Sequence record: AP018932
DNA from: Escherichia phage KIT03
Reading direction: 5' to 3' (one strand)
Length of the DNA stretch: 64,000 nt
Shown here: in pieces, positions 40,750-50,585 of the stretch
How positions within the stretch are numbered: the stretch's first letter is position 1
Layout of the letters: the number at the start of each line of letters is the position of its first letter
The notes under the pieces: generated by a model
Told to the model about the DNA's origin: nothing
The model's input: only the letters and a program-made list of their open reading frames with translations
Databases searched by the model: none
Program-made: the position numbers and the translations under genes

Positions 40750-40986
40750 CTATTCCTTACTAAGAGCAGCATTCAGCTTGTTAGTAATTTTATCCAGACG
40801 CTCATTGAATTCGCTAGAAGATAGTCCTTTTTCTGGAGAAATCAAACTAATCACGAAAAATATAGCAATAAAAGGAATAAGGAAAATAGCTCCAACTGCC
40901 ATAAACAAAAAGAATGTTACGGTTGTAAGAAAATCAGCTAAACCTTTACGAAATTTATACATATTTACCCTTAATTGATTAACCAA
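40750..40986 (-). CDS. small membrane protein, 78 aa
   Basis: central hydrophobic stretch. Confidence 0.45.
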   Translation of the reverse strand: MVNQLRVNMYKFRKGLADFLTTVTFFLFMAVGAIFLIPFIAIFFVISLISPEKGLSSSEFNERLDKITNKLNAALSKE

Positions 40987-41076
40987 GCATTGATAAGCAC
41001 TAAACTATATTGCGAATAAAATTCTGGACCAAAATGAAAAATCATATCATTTATAGTGTCCATAATATAATTCAAT

Positions 41077-41547
41077 TTAATCATGTTTCCACACCCCATC
41101 GGTATTTGACCAAAGTCGCTGATTATCTGATCCTCGCCACAGCTTTTTGGTCGGAAGATTTTTCTCATACTTCCCATCAATAATAACATCAACATATTTA
41201 AGCATTTCTAGTTGTTTAATATCTTCAAATTTATATCCTGTCCACAACCAAATGCTTTTATTGGGATAAAAATTTTTTACTGTTTGAACAATGCAATGAA
41301 CAACATCTCGGTTATCAGGATAGAGAGGGTCTCCTCCAGTTATAGTTAATCCTTCTATATAATCATTATTCAAACATTCAATTAATTGTTCTAGTGTTTC
41401 ACCAGTGAATGGAACGCCATTTCTAGCGTTCCATGTTGATTTATTATAACACCCTTCACATTTATGCAAACAACCTGTAACGAAAAGAACGACCCTGCAT
41501 CCAGGGCCATTCACAAAATCGCAAGGATAAAATCTATCATAATTCAT
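41077..41547 (-). CDS. nrdG: anaerobic ribonucleotide reductase activating protein NrdG (radical SAM)
   Basis: 156 aa; CxxxCxxC cluster GCLHKCEGCYN. Confidence 0.85.
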   Translation of the reverse strand: MNYDRFYPCDFVNGPGCRVVLFVTGCLHKCEGCYNKSTWNARNGVPFTGETLEQLIECLNNDYIEGLTITGGDPLYPDNRDVVHCIVQTVKNFYPNKSIWLWTGYKFEDIKQLEMLKYVDVIIDGKYEKNLPTKKLWRGSDNQRLWSNTDGVWKHD

Positions 41548-43361
41548 TGGTGTTTAACCCTATGCATGATTTCTTTATTTTTGCCGAGATTAAATCCACG
41601 TTCGTTCGGATTTCCCAAATAACCACAAGTTCTTCTTATTGTGTTCATCTTTTTAGGATCAGTTTCTCCACAAATAGAACAAACAAACCCGTTTTCAGTA
41701 GGAGTCATTTCATGGGTACTTCCACACGTAAAACATTTATCTACTGGCATGTTAACACCAAAATAATCTAAATGTTGTGCAGCATAATCCCATACAGCCT
41801 CAAGACCTTTTAGGTTATTTTTCATATCAGGAAGTTCAACATAAGAAATGTGACCGCCTGTCGCAATGAAATGATATGGGGCTTCGCGAGAAATCTTTTC
41901 AAACGGAGTAATATTTTCTTCTACTGAAACATGGAAACTATTAGTGTACCATCCTTTATCAGTAACATCCTTTACACTTCCATATTTTTCAGTATCAAGT
42001 TTACAGAAGCGATAACAAAGGTTTTCAGCGGGAGTAGAATACAAGCTAAAAGCAAAACCAGTTCTTTCAGTCCACTGCTTAAGACGAGCATTCATTTTAG
42101 TCAAAATTTCCTGTCCAATATCACGACCGACAAGAATATTCAATTCGTGAATACCAATGTATCCTAGGGACACTGAACTTCTACCGTTTTTAAATAACTC
42201 AATTATGTCGTCATCAGGTTTAAGACGAACCCCGAATGCACCTTCTTGGTAAAGAATAGGAGCAACAGTCGCTTTAACTCCTTTTAAGGAACTAATTCTA
42301 CACATCAAAGCTTCAAAACACAAATCCATTCGTTCATTGAACAATTCGGCAAATTTCTGTTCATTGAATTGTGTTCCAATATAAGAATCTAGTGCAATGC
42401 GAGGAAGATTCAGTGTTACAACACCAAGATTATTACGTCCATCAAGAATTTCATTACCAGTCGAATCTTTCCATACACTCAAGAAACTACGGCAACCCAT
42501 TGGAGAAACAGGAATAGATGAACCGGTGATAGCTTTATTGTTCTTAGCTGAAATAATATCAGGATACATTCTTTTGCTTGCACACTCTAGAGCAAGCTGC
42601 TTAATATCATAGTTCGGATCGTCTTTATAAAGATTAACACCTTCTTCAACGAACATAACAAGCTTAGGGAAAATAGGAGTTATCCCATCGCGACCAAGGC
42701 CTTTAATGCGATTTTTCAGAATTGCTTTCTGAATCATTCGTTCAGTCCAGTCAGTTCCCGTACCAAATGTAATTGTTACAAAAGGCGTTTGTCCGTTTGA
42801 ACTAAAGAGAGTATTTACTTCATATTCATACGCTTGGAATGCGTCGTATACGTCTTTTTCTGTTTTAGATTGGGCATAATTCAACGCATCAGCGATTTGC
42901 CATTTTTCTGCATCCTCAATATGTTTTGCATAGGTGCGTTTAACATAAGGTGAAAGTACTTTATCTACATTAGCAAAAGTCGTTCCGCCATATTGATGGG
43001 AAGCAACTTGCGCAGTAATTTGTGCCATAATTGCAGTAGCAACACCGATTGATTTAGGAGTTTCAATCTGCGCATTACCAAGCTTAAATCCGTTCTCAAG
43101 CATTCCTTTTAAATCTACTAAACAACAATTAGTAAATGGAAGAGCAGGGGAATAATCAATATCATGGAAATGAATAATTCCGCTTTCATGCGCTTTCATA
43201 ATAAAAGACGGGACCATATTTTTGGCAATGTGTTTAGACACAATACCAGCCATAAGGTCCCGTTGAGTTGGAAAAACACGAGAATCTTTATTAGCATTCT
43301 CGTTTAAAAGGTCTTTATTAGTTTTATGAATCAATCCTTCAATTTCTTTTTCAATTGTCAT
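41544..43361 (-). CDS. nrdD: anaerobic ribonucleoside-triphosphate reductase NrdD, uninterrupted
   Basis: 605 aa; C-terminal zinc ribbon and glycyl-radical motif. Confidence 0.9.
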   Translation of the reverse strand: MTIEKEIEGLIHKTNKDLLNENANKDSRVFPTQRDLMAGIVSKHIAKNMVPSFIMKAHESGIIHFHDIDYSPALPFTNCCLVDLKGMLENGFKLGNAQIETPKSIGVATAIMAQITAQVASHQYGGTTFANVDKVLSPYVKRTYAKHIEDAEKWQIADALNYAQSKTEKDVYDAFQAYEYEVNTLFSSNGQTPFVTITFGTGTDWTERMIQKAILKNRIKGLGRDGITPIFPKLVMFVEEGVNLYKDDPNYDIKQLALECASKRMYPDIISAKNNKAITGSSIPVSPMGCRSFLSVWKDSTGNEILDGRNNLGVVTLNLPRIALDSYIGTQFNEQKFAELFNERMDLCFEALMCRISSLKGVKATVAPILYQEGAFGVRLKPDDDIIELFKNGRSSVSLGYIGIHELNILVGRDIGQEILTKMNARLKQWTERTGFAFSLYSTPAENLCYRFCKLDTEKYGSVKDVTDKGWYTNSFHVSVEENITPFEKISREAPYHFIATGGHISYVELPDMKNNLKGLEAVWDYAAQHLDYFGVNMPVDKCFTCGSTHEMTPTENGFVCSICGETDPKKMNTIRRTCGYLGNPNERGFNLGKNKEIMHRVKHQ

Positions 43362-43831
43362 TTTAAACTCTTTCTAAGCTGCTTCTTAAATGAAGCTATT
43401 AATTGTGTTTTGGTGTCAGATTCATTATATTCAAATCCTCTTTGAAGCATCTCAGCCATCATTTCCTCTTTTCCTAAACGAGAAAATTCCTTTGATTTAT
43501 CTCCAACAAAGTTAGGGTGAATATTATTTTGGGTGTAATCGGATTTTAAATAAGTAAGTAAATTTTCTAACCATTCAAGATAATCAACACCTTGCCCCTT
43601 TAAGCCAGAACGATTAAATTTATGTTTCATTTGACCTTCTGCGGCATTGCAGAGATTACAAAGCAATCCACGCACCTTTCCTGCTTTTGGTCCATTTAAT
43701 TCATGGTCATGATCAAGATGATTAGCTTGAACATCAGGATTTAGTTCTCGTTGGCAAATTAAGCATTTACCGTTTTGTGCATCATAAAATTTCTGTTTTT
43801 CTTCTTTGTATAATTTGCCAGTCAATAACAT
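43358..43831 (-). CDS. 49: endonuclease VII (Holliday junction resolvase) gp49
   Basis: 157 aa; CLICQ and CNLCN zinc motifs, HLDHDH. Confidence 0.85.
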   Translation of the reverse strand: MLLTGKLYKEEKQKFYDAQNGKCLICQRELNPDVQANHLDHDHELNGPKAGKVRGLLCNLCNAAEGQMKHKFNRSGLKGQGVDYLEWLENLLTYLKSDYTQNNIHPNFVGDKSKEFSRLGKEEMMAEMLQRGFEYNESDTKTQLIASFKKQLRKSLK

Positions 43832-43872
43832 AATAAACCCTTACCTTAAATAGATAAGGGTATTTATTATTT
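43832..43872 (-). promoter_or_regulatory. hairpin sequestering the gene 49 RBS, with near-consensus late promoter
   Basis: mRNA CCCUUA...UAAGGG stem includes the SD; ATAAATA just upstream. Confidence 0.4.
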
Positions 43873-44049
43873 TCAAGTATTGTAAAACATTCGATGCAAT
43901 CGCTTATATTGTCGAATCATCTTTTTAGTAGGACGAGAATAAGTTCCTATACAAGTGGTCATATTAGGGTCAGTAGGACTTCCTTTAATAAAAAGTTTCC
44001 AAACCTTACCACCATTTAACTTTTCAGTATAAATTAATTCGGTTTTCAT
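43873..44049 (-). CDS. small hypothetical protein, 58 aa
   Basis: hand-translated MKTELIYTEKLNGGKVWKLF...; TAATG overlap with upstream gene. Confidence 0.45.
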   Translation of the reverse strand: MKTELIYTEKLNGGKVWKLFIKGSPTDPNMTTCIGTYSRPTKKMIRQYKRLHRMFYNT

Positions 44050-44495
44050 TAAAACGCTCGGTCAGAAAAAGAAATTTGAGTTTCAAGCCATTCAATATAT
44101 TCTGCCGCGGCTTGCATTAAATTTCCTTCGTAATCATCAATATCTTTTTTCAACGCCGATTTAGATAATGCATATGAAATGCGTTCACCCTGAAATCCAG
44201 CTTTAGGTTTATGAATAACTTGATCAATTCGTTCTACGACTTCTTCAATTTCGCCATTTTCTGCGGATTCAGTATTCCACAAGCACCAATATGTAATTGG
44301 CTTATCATAGATGTTAATAATCTTTCCATCAGAAAGTTCAATTTCAATAATTCCAGTATCAGGTTCTATATCATCTTCGCATTCTTTTGCAAGTTCACGA
44401 ACTTTAAAGACAGTACCTGCACTAAGTTCCGGCCAGTAATTACACAGCCCTTTATCAGCACGATTAATTCTAAACCACTTATCTACTGCAATCAT
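44049..44495 (-). CDS. hypothetical protein, about 148 aa; position of T4 pin
   Basis: ATG start chosen over ORF-track TTG. Confidence 0.45.
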   Translation of the reverse strand: MIAVDKWFRINRADKGLCNYWPELSAGTVFKVRELAKECEDDIEPDTGIIEIELSDGKIINIYDKPITYWCLWNTESAENGEIEEVVERIDQVIHKPKAGFQGERISYALSKSALKKDIDDYEGNLMQAAAEYIEWLETQISFSDRAF

Positions 44496-44618
44496 ACCCC
44501 ATCTCCATATCAATTAAGTCATTTATCGTCGGTTCATTATATACTGTTTCTTCATCAGTATAAACCGGTTCTTCCGGCTCTGGCTCTACTGTTTCCCATC
44601 TAGCCGCCCACCAAGGTT

Positions 44619-44929
44619 TTATAGCGTAATCCATTCTCGTACTGTCTGAGTTACTACACGTTCACGGGGCTCGACTAGTTCAACAGTCGGAACTGCATAA
44701 TACCAGTCAGAATGATAAGAACCTGACCGAGATTCATTTACAGACACATGAACGTTATGTTTTGGACTAAAATAAACACACTGACGATATTGGCATTTGC
44801 CGTCTTGCACCCAGTCTTCTATTTCGACAGGTTTAAGATAATCCGAAAAATCGAAATCATAATTTCTGAAAATGCGTCATGGTCTTCGATGATTTCACTC
44901 AGAACTGCATCAACATCTAATTTATTTTC
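44619..44929 (-). pseudogene. ORF of about 103 aa split by a frameshift in a T4 homopolymer run
   Basis: ATG frame 44929-44807 and downstream frame to 44619 overlap; one extra T at 44869-44872 would fuse them. Confidence 0.3.
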
Positions 44930-44948
44930 AATAGTCATTTGTCACCAA

Positions 44949-45158
44949 TTAATTTCGCAATTTATTAAGTTCTTCATAATCAATCCAGGATTCTAGTCCT
45001 GATGGCAAATCAGATTCAATTTCCCAAAGAAGCTCTTCAATTTTCTGAAGACGATCTAATTCTTCGGCTGGAATAGTAACCATTGACGGAGTTCTTGATA
45101 CACTAATATCGTAAATCATATTTACCCCAGTTTGACCATGCAATCGCCATATTTCCAT
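44949..45158 (-). CDS. hypothetical protein, 69 aa
   Basis: ORF. Confidence 0.45.
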   Translation of the reverse strand: MEIWRLHGQTGVNMIYDISVSRTPSMVTIPAEELDRLQKIEELLWEIESDLPSGLESWIDYEELNKLRN

Positions 45159-45337
45159 TTAGAAATAGACTTTTCACCGTTAGAATAATAAACTTCGAGT
45201 TTAGCACGATTATTTTTAATTTGAATAACCTTTGCTGTCATCAAAGTTCCATACCCGTAATAAACTGCAACCTCATCACCTACATATACCGCGCTTCCGC
45301 GGTAGTCATGGATATAATCAGTTCCTTCGAGCATCAT
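45122..45337 (-). CDS. hypothetical protein, 71 aa
   Basis: ORF. Confidence 0.45.
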   Translation of the reverse strand: MMLEGTDYIHDYRGSAVYVGDEVAVYYGYGTLMTAKVIQIKNNRAKLEVYYSNGEKSISKWKYGDCMVKLG

Positions 45338-45597
45338 TTAAAGTATTCCCGCAATTGGTCAAATCCACCAATATGACTTCCATCAGGAGCAAATACTTGT
45401 GGCATTGTCAAACCAATTTGAGTATCACGACCTAGTTTCGTCAGAAGCTCAGCGATTTTCTCATCATCAAAAACACCTTTTTCCGGCATAATGTTGATAA
45501 ACTCAAACGGCTGTTTCTTCACAGTCAAAAGACGTTTTGCATTATCGCAATACACACATTTATGGATGCTGCTATCATAACCATATACTTTAAACAT
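45334..45597 (-). CDS. nrdC: thioredoxin/glutaredoxin NrdC
   Basis: 87 aa with CVYC active site. Confidence 0.8.
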   Translation of the reverse strand: MFKVYGYDSSIHKCVYCDNAKRLLTVKKQPFEFINIMPEKGVFDDEKIAELLTKLGRDTQIGLTMPQVFAPDGSHIGGFDQLREYFK

Positions 45598-45598
45598 A

Positions 45599-45841
45599 TT
45601 ATTCCTTAATTCCTAGTACTTGTTTAAAAGTCTCGTCGTAATCAAGACTTTGACCTGTTTGTTCTTTATGTTTGTATATAATATCACTTACTTCTGATAG
45701 CATATTTTTATATGAACGAGTTATAGCAGATTTAAGCACGCTATATCTATCAGGAAATTTACCGTGTTCATTATAATACGCTATTGCTAATTCACGGACT
45801 GCCTTTTCAGCAGTCTCCATATATTCTTTACGCTTTGTCAT
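45599..45841 (-). CDS. hypothetical protein, 80 aa
   Basis: ORF. Confidence 0.45.
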   Translation of the reverse strand: MTKRKEYMETAEKAVRELAIAYYNEHGKFPDRYSVLKSAITRSYKNMLSEVSDIIYKHKEQTGQSLDYDETFKQVLGIKE

Positions 45842-46148
45842 TTTCTTCTCGGTTAAATCGGTGTTTACAATGACGGCATTTATAACGAAGATTACTAGTC
45901 TGCCAATGGACTAATTGAACCTGTTCAGTACCACATTTTGGGCAGTTCGGAACATTCTTAGAAGCCCTTTCGCGACGTTCAACCATAACCATAATAGCAT
46001 CCCAGGCTGGAGGTTTAAAATCTAAATCATCACAACCATGAATCTTTCCGCGCATTTCCAGATCGTCTTCTTCACCAGCCATAATAATAATTTTAATTAG
46101 ACTGGAATTACTTGAAGCTGCAATATCTTCTAATAGACGCTTTTTCAT
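45828..46148 (-). CDS. hypothetical protein with C-terminal zinc ribbon, 106 aa
   Basis: CPKCG...CRHCKH. Confidence 0.5.
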   Translation of the reverse strand: MKKRLLEDIAASSNSSLIKIIIMAGEEDDLEMRGKIHGCDDLDFKPPAWDAIMVMVERRERASKNVPNCPKCGTEQVQLVHWQTSNLRYKCRHCKHRFNREENDKA

Positions 46149-47074
46149 TTCAATACCTCAATAGCATTACGTAAACCATTTGCTTTTGCATTAAGAGCTT
46201 TTAACAATTTAGTGTGTTCGGCAATCTGAGCTTCAACTTCAACTAGTCGAGATTTGAGGTATTCACGTTCTTCGCTCAAGTTATCAATCTTTTCTACTTT
46301 AGGCTCTTTTACAACTGTCTTATATGTATTAGGGTTCTTCAGTTTAATTAAAATGCGTGAACTGTATAACATTGAACCATTATCTTCGGTTTCGTCATAC
46401 ATTTCTACTACGTCCATGATTTTTAACATCATGCGGAGTTTATAAGACAACGAACGAATAGTTTTGTTGTGCTTATTAATTTCTTTAGCTGTCATGGTGC
46501 CGAGATTACGTGAGTAATAATAAGGAACCTGGATATTAATTAATACTGATGAACCACCTGGCTTGTGTGTTACTTCATCAGCAATAACCCAATCCTTAAC
46601 ATGAACTGTATTTGTACGGTCATCGCCCGCGGTAAATAGTTTACGAGCATGCTTAAAAAGCATATTCACTTGGTCATTGAATTGACAAGCGAACTTATCA
46701 GCAAATTTAGTTTCAGGAATGGTAGATAACCAATCAGCCAAATGGGTCTTTTTAACATCATTAACAATAGTAAATTCAACCAAATCAGTTATAGATGTCT
46801 CAGATTTAATAAAGCTCGGCTTCATAAAGTTTTTAATGTTATCGCGAGCTACAGTAGAAGATAACATACGAGAACGTTTAAACCATTGAAGCAAATTGCC
46901 CAACGAATGAGAATAAGCGTTTTGAGTATCTTTACAGATATGATTTTCCTGGCCAACATATTGAAGGAAATCACGAAGAATATTATTGATTACTGCTCTG
47001 TGTCCGATCTGATAATTACGGTGTTTAGTAATAAGACTGTCAAAATAATCAATATAATGTTTACGAGTTTTCAT
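46145..47074 (-). CDS. coiled-coil protein, 309 aa, member of a four-gene paralog array
   Basis: starts MKTRKHY; C-terminal heptad-rich region. Confidence 0.6.
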   Translation of the reverse strand: MKTRKHYIDYFDSLITKHRNYQIGHRAVINNILRDFLQYVGQENHICKDTQNAYSHSLGNLLQWFKRSRMLSSTVARDNIKNFMKPSFIKSETSITDLVEFTIVNDVKKTHLADWLSTIPETKFADKFACQFNDQVNMLFKHARKLFTAGDDRTNTVHVKDWVIADEVTHKPGGSSVLINIQVPYYYSRNLGTMTAKEINKHNKTIRSLSYKLRMMLKIMDVVEMYDETEDNGSMLYSSRILIKLKNPNTYKTVVKEPKVEKIDNLSEEREYLKSRLVEVEAQIAEHTKLLKALNAKANGLRNAIEVLK

Positions 47075-47126
47075 GTTCTTCTCACTTGGTTAATGATTTA
47101 TACTCCGAGCCATCCTTGGCTTTAAA

Positions 47127-48128
47127 TTACTTAATTAACTGTAAAGCTTGTTCTAGACGATCAAGACGATTAACAGATTCTTCCCAAATCCTTTTAGCCT
47201 GCTCATATTCTTTCTGCGCTTTATTAGAAATTTCTAGAACTTCTTTATAAGCTTTTTCTAGTGCAATAACTTCTGGACGAATTTCTACCGGTTCAGGTGA
47301 ATCATCAAGATTATCCATTAGTTCCTCAAGGGTAGTTTCTTCTTTAGGAGTATTCACAATTTCATCACATTTTTGTTGATAAATTTCTTTATCAGTCGGT
47401 GAGTACGCGCACTTTAATTCACGAAGGCTAATTACAATTTTATATCCTTCCCAACCGCATATATTCTTAAAAGGATATGTATGAATATTTTCTACTGTTT
47501 CCATACAAAGTAATGCAGTCTCTAACTGACGAGTTATAGTGCTAGCAATTGAGAAAAATTTATTAATATTCTTTTGGCTAGCGTTTGGTGTAAAAAATCC
47601 ATAATTCACAAAAATAGCTACTTTATTTTCATCAAGCTCATATTCTTTTACGATAATCATATCAGAAGCCAAAGGATGAATTTGACGATAATCGCCATAA
47701 CATAATTTAGAAGCTGATTTTAGAATTTGTCCTTTGAAAAGTTTGAAATTACTAATCCAACGACGAGTAAAAATATTCTCAGGGTCTTCTTTATTATTAA
47801 GATGATAAGAATTAACATCACCGAACCAATTATATCCTACTACATCTTTAGTTCGTTTAATTTCTTTCCCAAAATTACCAAGAATATCCCGATTAACCAA
47901 ATATGAAAGAAGACGAGACTCTTTAAAGGTTTTCTTGATAACATCTTTATCTACACGGCTAGAAATTTTACGAATTTCATGAATAAATTTAGTAGAAGAA
48001 ACAATACTTGCATCAACACTATTGAGCCATTGATTGATAATAGAAAGAACGATATTTTGACCAAACATCGGTATAGCTTTATCATCAATAACGCTATTGA
48101 ATGATTTGATATATTCGTTACGAGTCAT
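47127..48128 (-). CDS. coiled-coil protein, about 333 aa, paralog array member
   Basis: ATG at 48126-48128 with GAGGAG RBS; ORF-track start lies in promoter. Confidence 0.6.
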   Translation of the reverse strand: MTRNEYIKSFNSVIDDKAIPMFGQNIVLSIINQWLNSVDASIVSSTKFIHEIRKISSRVDKDVIKKTFKESRLLSYLVNRDILGNFGKEIKRTKDVVGYNWFGDVNSYHLNNKEDPENIFTRRWISNFKLFKGQILKSASKLCYGDYRQIHPLASDMIIVKEYELDENKVAIFVNYGFFTPNASQKNINKFFSIASTITRQLETALLCMETVENIHTYPFKNICGWEGYKIVISLRELKCAYSPTDKEIYQQKCDEIVNTPKEETTLEELMDNLDDSPEPVEIRPEVIALEKAYKEVLEISNKAQKEYEQAKRIWEESVNRLDRLEQALQLIK

Positions 48129-48156
48129 AATAATCTCCTCAGTAGAAAGTAAGAAC

Positions 48157-48186
48157 ATTATACCACATCCTTGTGGCAATGTAAAC
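48157..48186 (-). promoter_or_regulatory. T4 early-type promoter
   Basis: GTTTAC-n18-TATAAT with TG extension; near-identical to promoter at 2418. Confidence 0.6.
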
Positions 48187-49205
48187 TAGTTCAGTGCATT
48201 TAGTGCATTGTTCAGTTTAGAACGTTGCTTCGTAAGATTTTTGACTTTTTCTTGAGCTTTTTCCAACATCTTTTCAGCTTCTAGCACTTCATTGGTCGCT
48301 TTAACGAGTTCATCATCTACTGCCTTGATAGACTTCTCAATCGCATCCGCGTGCCATTTTTCAACAGGTTTAAGACTCGGATTTTCAACAGGAAGAAAAT
48401 TCACTTTATTGAATTTCCATGCATCATTATTACCTGAACTATACATCCAAAATTTAGGATCGTTTGATAAGTAATTGGATAAATTTAAGTTATCTTGCAC
48501 TTCCTGCTTTTTCTCTTGCGGGACTTCGTCCTTTCTCAAAAAATCGTATTTAAATGAAACGATCATATCAAGTTCATATGATGTTGTATCTAACTTAAAT
48601 CGTTCAAAACGAGGTAAAATCTTAGATTGAACAGCAGCAACAACATCCATATACTTAAATGCTTCTGTCAACTGCGATTTAAGGCATTCGCAAATTGAAA
48701 GAGAATTTTTTGTATTAGGTTTAAAGCTAATTCGTGCAGTTCTATTATTTTCTTTTAATGGTCTTACTTCCATCTGAAGAGTATAACCATCAAATTTCAG
48801 GTTCTTTAAGTTAATATCAGAACCTTTTAATCGACTCGCAGTTGATAAAATTTGCTTTAATTGTCTACGGAATAGAGCAATAAATCTCCATTCAATACGA
48901 TAATGATTTGGATTGAAAAATCCAGATGATAAATCGACCTTACTTTGACCAACGCCTTGAACAAATAGAGGATTTTTATAATCAATAGTTTTACAGAAAT
49001 CGGTGAGCTGCTCACGAGCAGTCATTTGTGTAATATATCCCGCTTTATCAAAATGACGTAACCATTCACTGCTATTCATATACTTAAAGTGAATGGAACT
49101 ATTAACTCTATCAGGGTCTAAATTATTTTGGCACAAAAATGTCATAACATTACGGGTATAGCTGGCATTACGAACCATATCTTCAATTTGAGAACGAGTT
49201 TTCAT
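48186..49205 (-). CDS. coiled-coil protein, 339 aa, paralog array member
   Basis: starts MKTRSQIED; C-terminal coiled coil. Confidence 0.6.
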   Translation of the reverse strand: MKTRSQIEDMVRNASYTRNVMTFLCQNNLDPDRVNSSIHFKYMNSSEWLRHFDKAGYITQMTAREQLTDFCKTIDYKNPLFVQGVGQSKVDLSSGFFNPNHYRIEWRFIALFRRQLKQILSTASRLKGSDINLKNLKFDGYTLQMEVRPLKENNRTARISFKPNTKNSLSICECLKSQLTEAFKYMDVVAAVQSKILPRFERFKLDTTSYELDMIVSFKYDFLRKDEVPQEKKQEVQDNLNLSNYLSNDPKFWMYSSGNNDAWKFNKVNFLPVENPSLKPVEKWHADAIEKSIKAVDDELVKATNEVLEAEKMLEKAQEKVKNLTKQRSKLNNALNALN

Positions 49206-49213
49206 AGTGTTCC

Positions 49214-50122
49214 TTAAGATTTAAGTAAATCAACAATTTTAATTAACTTTTCACGCTCAGATTTAGCTTTACTACTCAATCCAGATAGTCTGAAAATTTC
49301 ATCGTCATACTGTTGAATAGAAATATTCAGCTCTTCAATTTGCTTATTAAAATAATCAATTTGCTCAGAATGTTTTTCATTACTGCGAACTGGTACAGGG
49401 TTTGTAGGCAATTTAGTTGAACTGGATTCATCCGGGCGATAAATTAAAATACAACTTGAACCAATTGGACATTTTGCACCAGATGAATATTCTAACGTTC
49501 CAGCTTCTTTTAAAACTTCAAAAGCTAAACAGAGATGATGCCCCATATTAACATAATCTGTAGAGCGAGCTCTGATATAATAATCATCGCCGCGAATACT
49601 AAATTTAAAGCATTTAAGGTCTTCTGTATTATTGGTCTTAAAAATCATTTGTTTATCTAGACCTTTAGCTAATCGAGCGCCTAATGCTAATAATCGTCGT
49701 TGATTTTCCCACAAATCCGCAATCATTTGATCGAATGACAATTTCGGCATTAGTCTACCATAAAGGTCATATCCTTTATTATAATTACGAAGGATTTCAC
49801 TCGCGTTAATACGAGACAACGCTCCAATTTTATTAAGGGCTTTCATAATGCGATTAGATAAACCCATTCCAGACCCGTTTGTTCGCTGTAAATGTTTTTC
49901 TAATCCAAATCCAATATCAACTTTAAACTTATCTAAAATTTCTGCATGAACATCTCTGTCAATAACATTCAAATCCAAAGTTGGGTTAAATCTATGAAAA
50001 AATTTATCTGGCTCTCCACGACGAAGTACAGTCCATTCATTCATTTTTTTATTAACTAAAGATTTAATTACTGTATTGACATTATTAATTACTACTGACA
50101 TATTTTCCTCACTCAATTTCAA
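49214..50122 (-). CDS. coiled-coil protein, 302 aa, paralog array member
   Basis: C-terminal coiled coil. Confidence 0.6.
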   Translation of the reverse strand: MKLSEENMSVVINNVNTVIKSLVNKKMNEWTVLRRGEPDKFFHRFNPTLDLNVIDRDVHAEILDKFKVDIGFGLEKHLQRTNGSGMGLSNRIMKALNKIGALSRINASEILRNYNKGYDLYGRLMPKLSFDQMIADLWENQRRLLALGARLAKGLDKQMIFKTNNTEDLKCFKFSIRGDDYYIRARSTDYVNMGHHLCLAFEVLKEAGTLEYSSGAKCPIGSSCILIYRPDESSSTKLPTNPVPVRSNEKHSEQIDYFNKQIEELNISIQQYDDEIFRLSGLSSKAKSEREKLIKIVDLLKS

Positions 50123-50516
50123 TTTTACTAAATACGCAGAATATGATGGAAAAGACTATATAAGCACCGCATACAGATTGAACTAATACCATTCCAAAGA
50201 ACCAAACAATATTATCAAACAATGTCTGTTTTACGTCGAAAGGACGTAAACTTACAGTAATATTATCGCCTTTTTCTATTGATGAATACATCTCTGGGGA
50301 AATATATTCGCTAAATCTATAACCGTCTTTGAGTTCATATACGGCAATAAACGATAAACTAGACCCCTTTCCTTGAGTTCCTATAAGGGTATTAACTACA
50401 GTAACATCATAATCTTTATAATGCATATAATCATTAATTGCGTAATAACCATATGCAACTACTACGCATAAACAACATATCAATAAATTCAATCTTTTAA
50501 TTATCAACTGTTTCAT
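50109..50516 (-). CDS. membrane protein, 135 aa
   Basis: hydrophobic N- and C-terminal segments. Confidence 0.5.
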   Translation of the reverse strand: MKQLIIKRLNLLICCLCVVVAYGYYAINDYMHYKDYDVTVVNTLIGTQGKGSSLSFIAVYELKDGYRFSEYISPEMYSSIEKGDNITVSLRPFDVKQTLFDNIVWFFGMVLVQSVCGAYIVFSIIFCVFSKIEIE

Positions 50517-50552
50517 AATAATCTCAATTAAAAGGGCTTAGAACCATTATAC

Positions 50553-50585
50553 CATCCTTGGTATAAAGCGGTTATGCGAGTACCG
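50553..50585 (-). promoter_or_regulatory. possible extended -10 promoter (TGGTATAAT), weak -35
   Basis: minus-strand TGGTATAAT. Confidence 0.3.
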
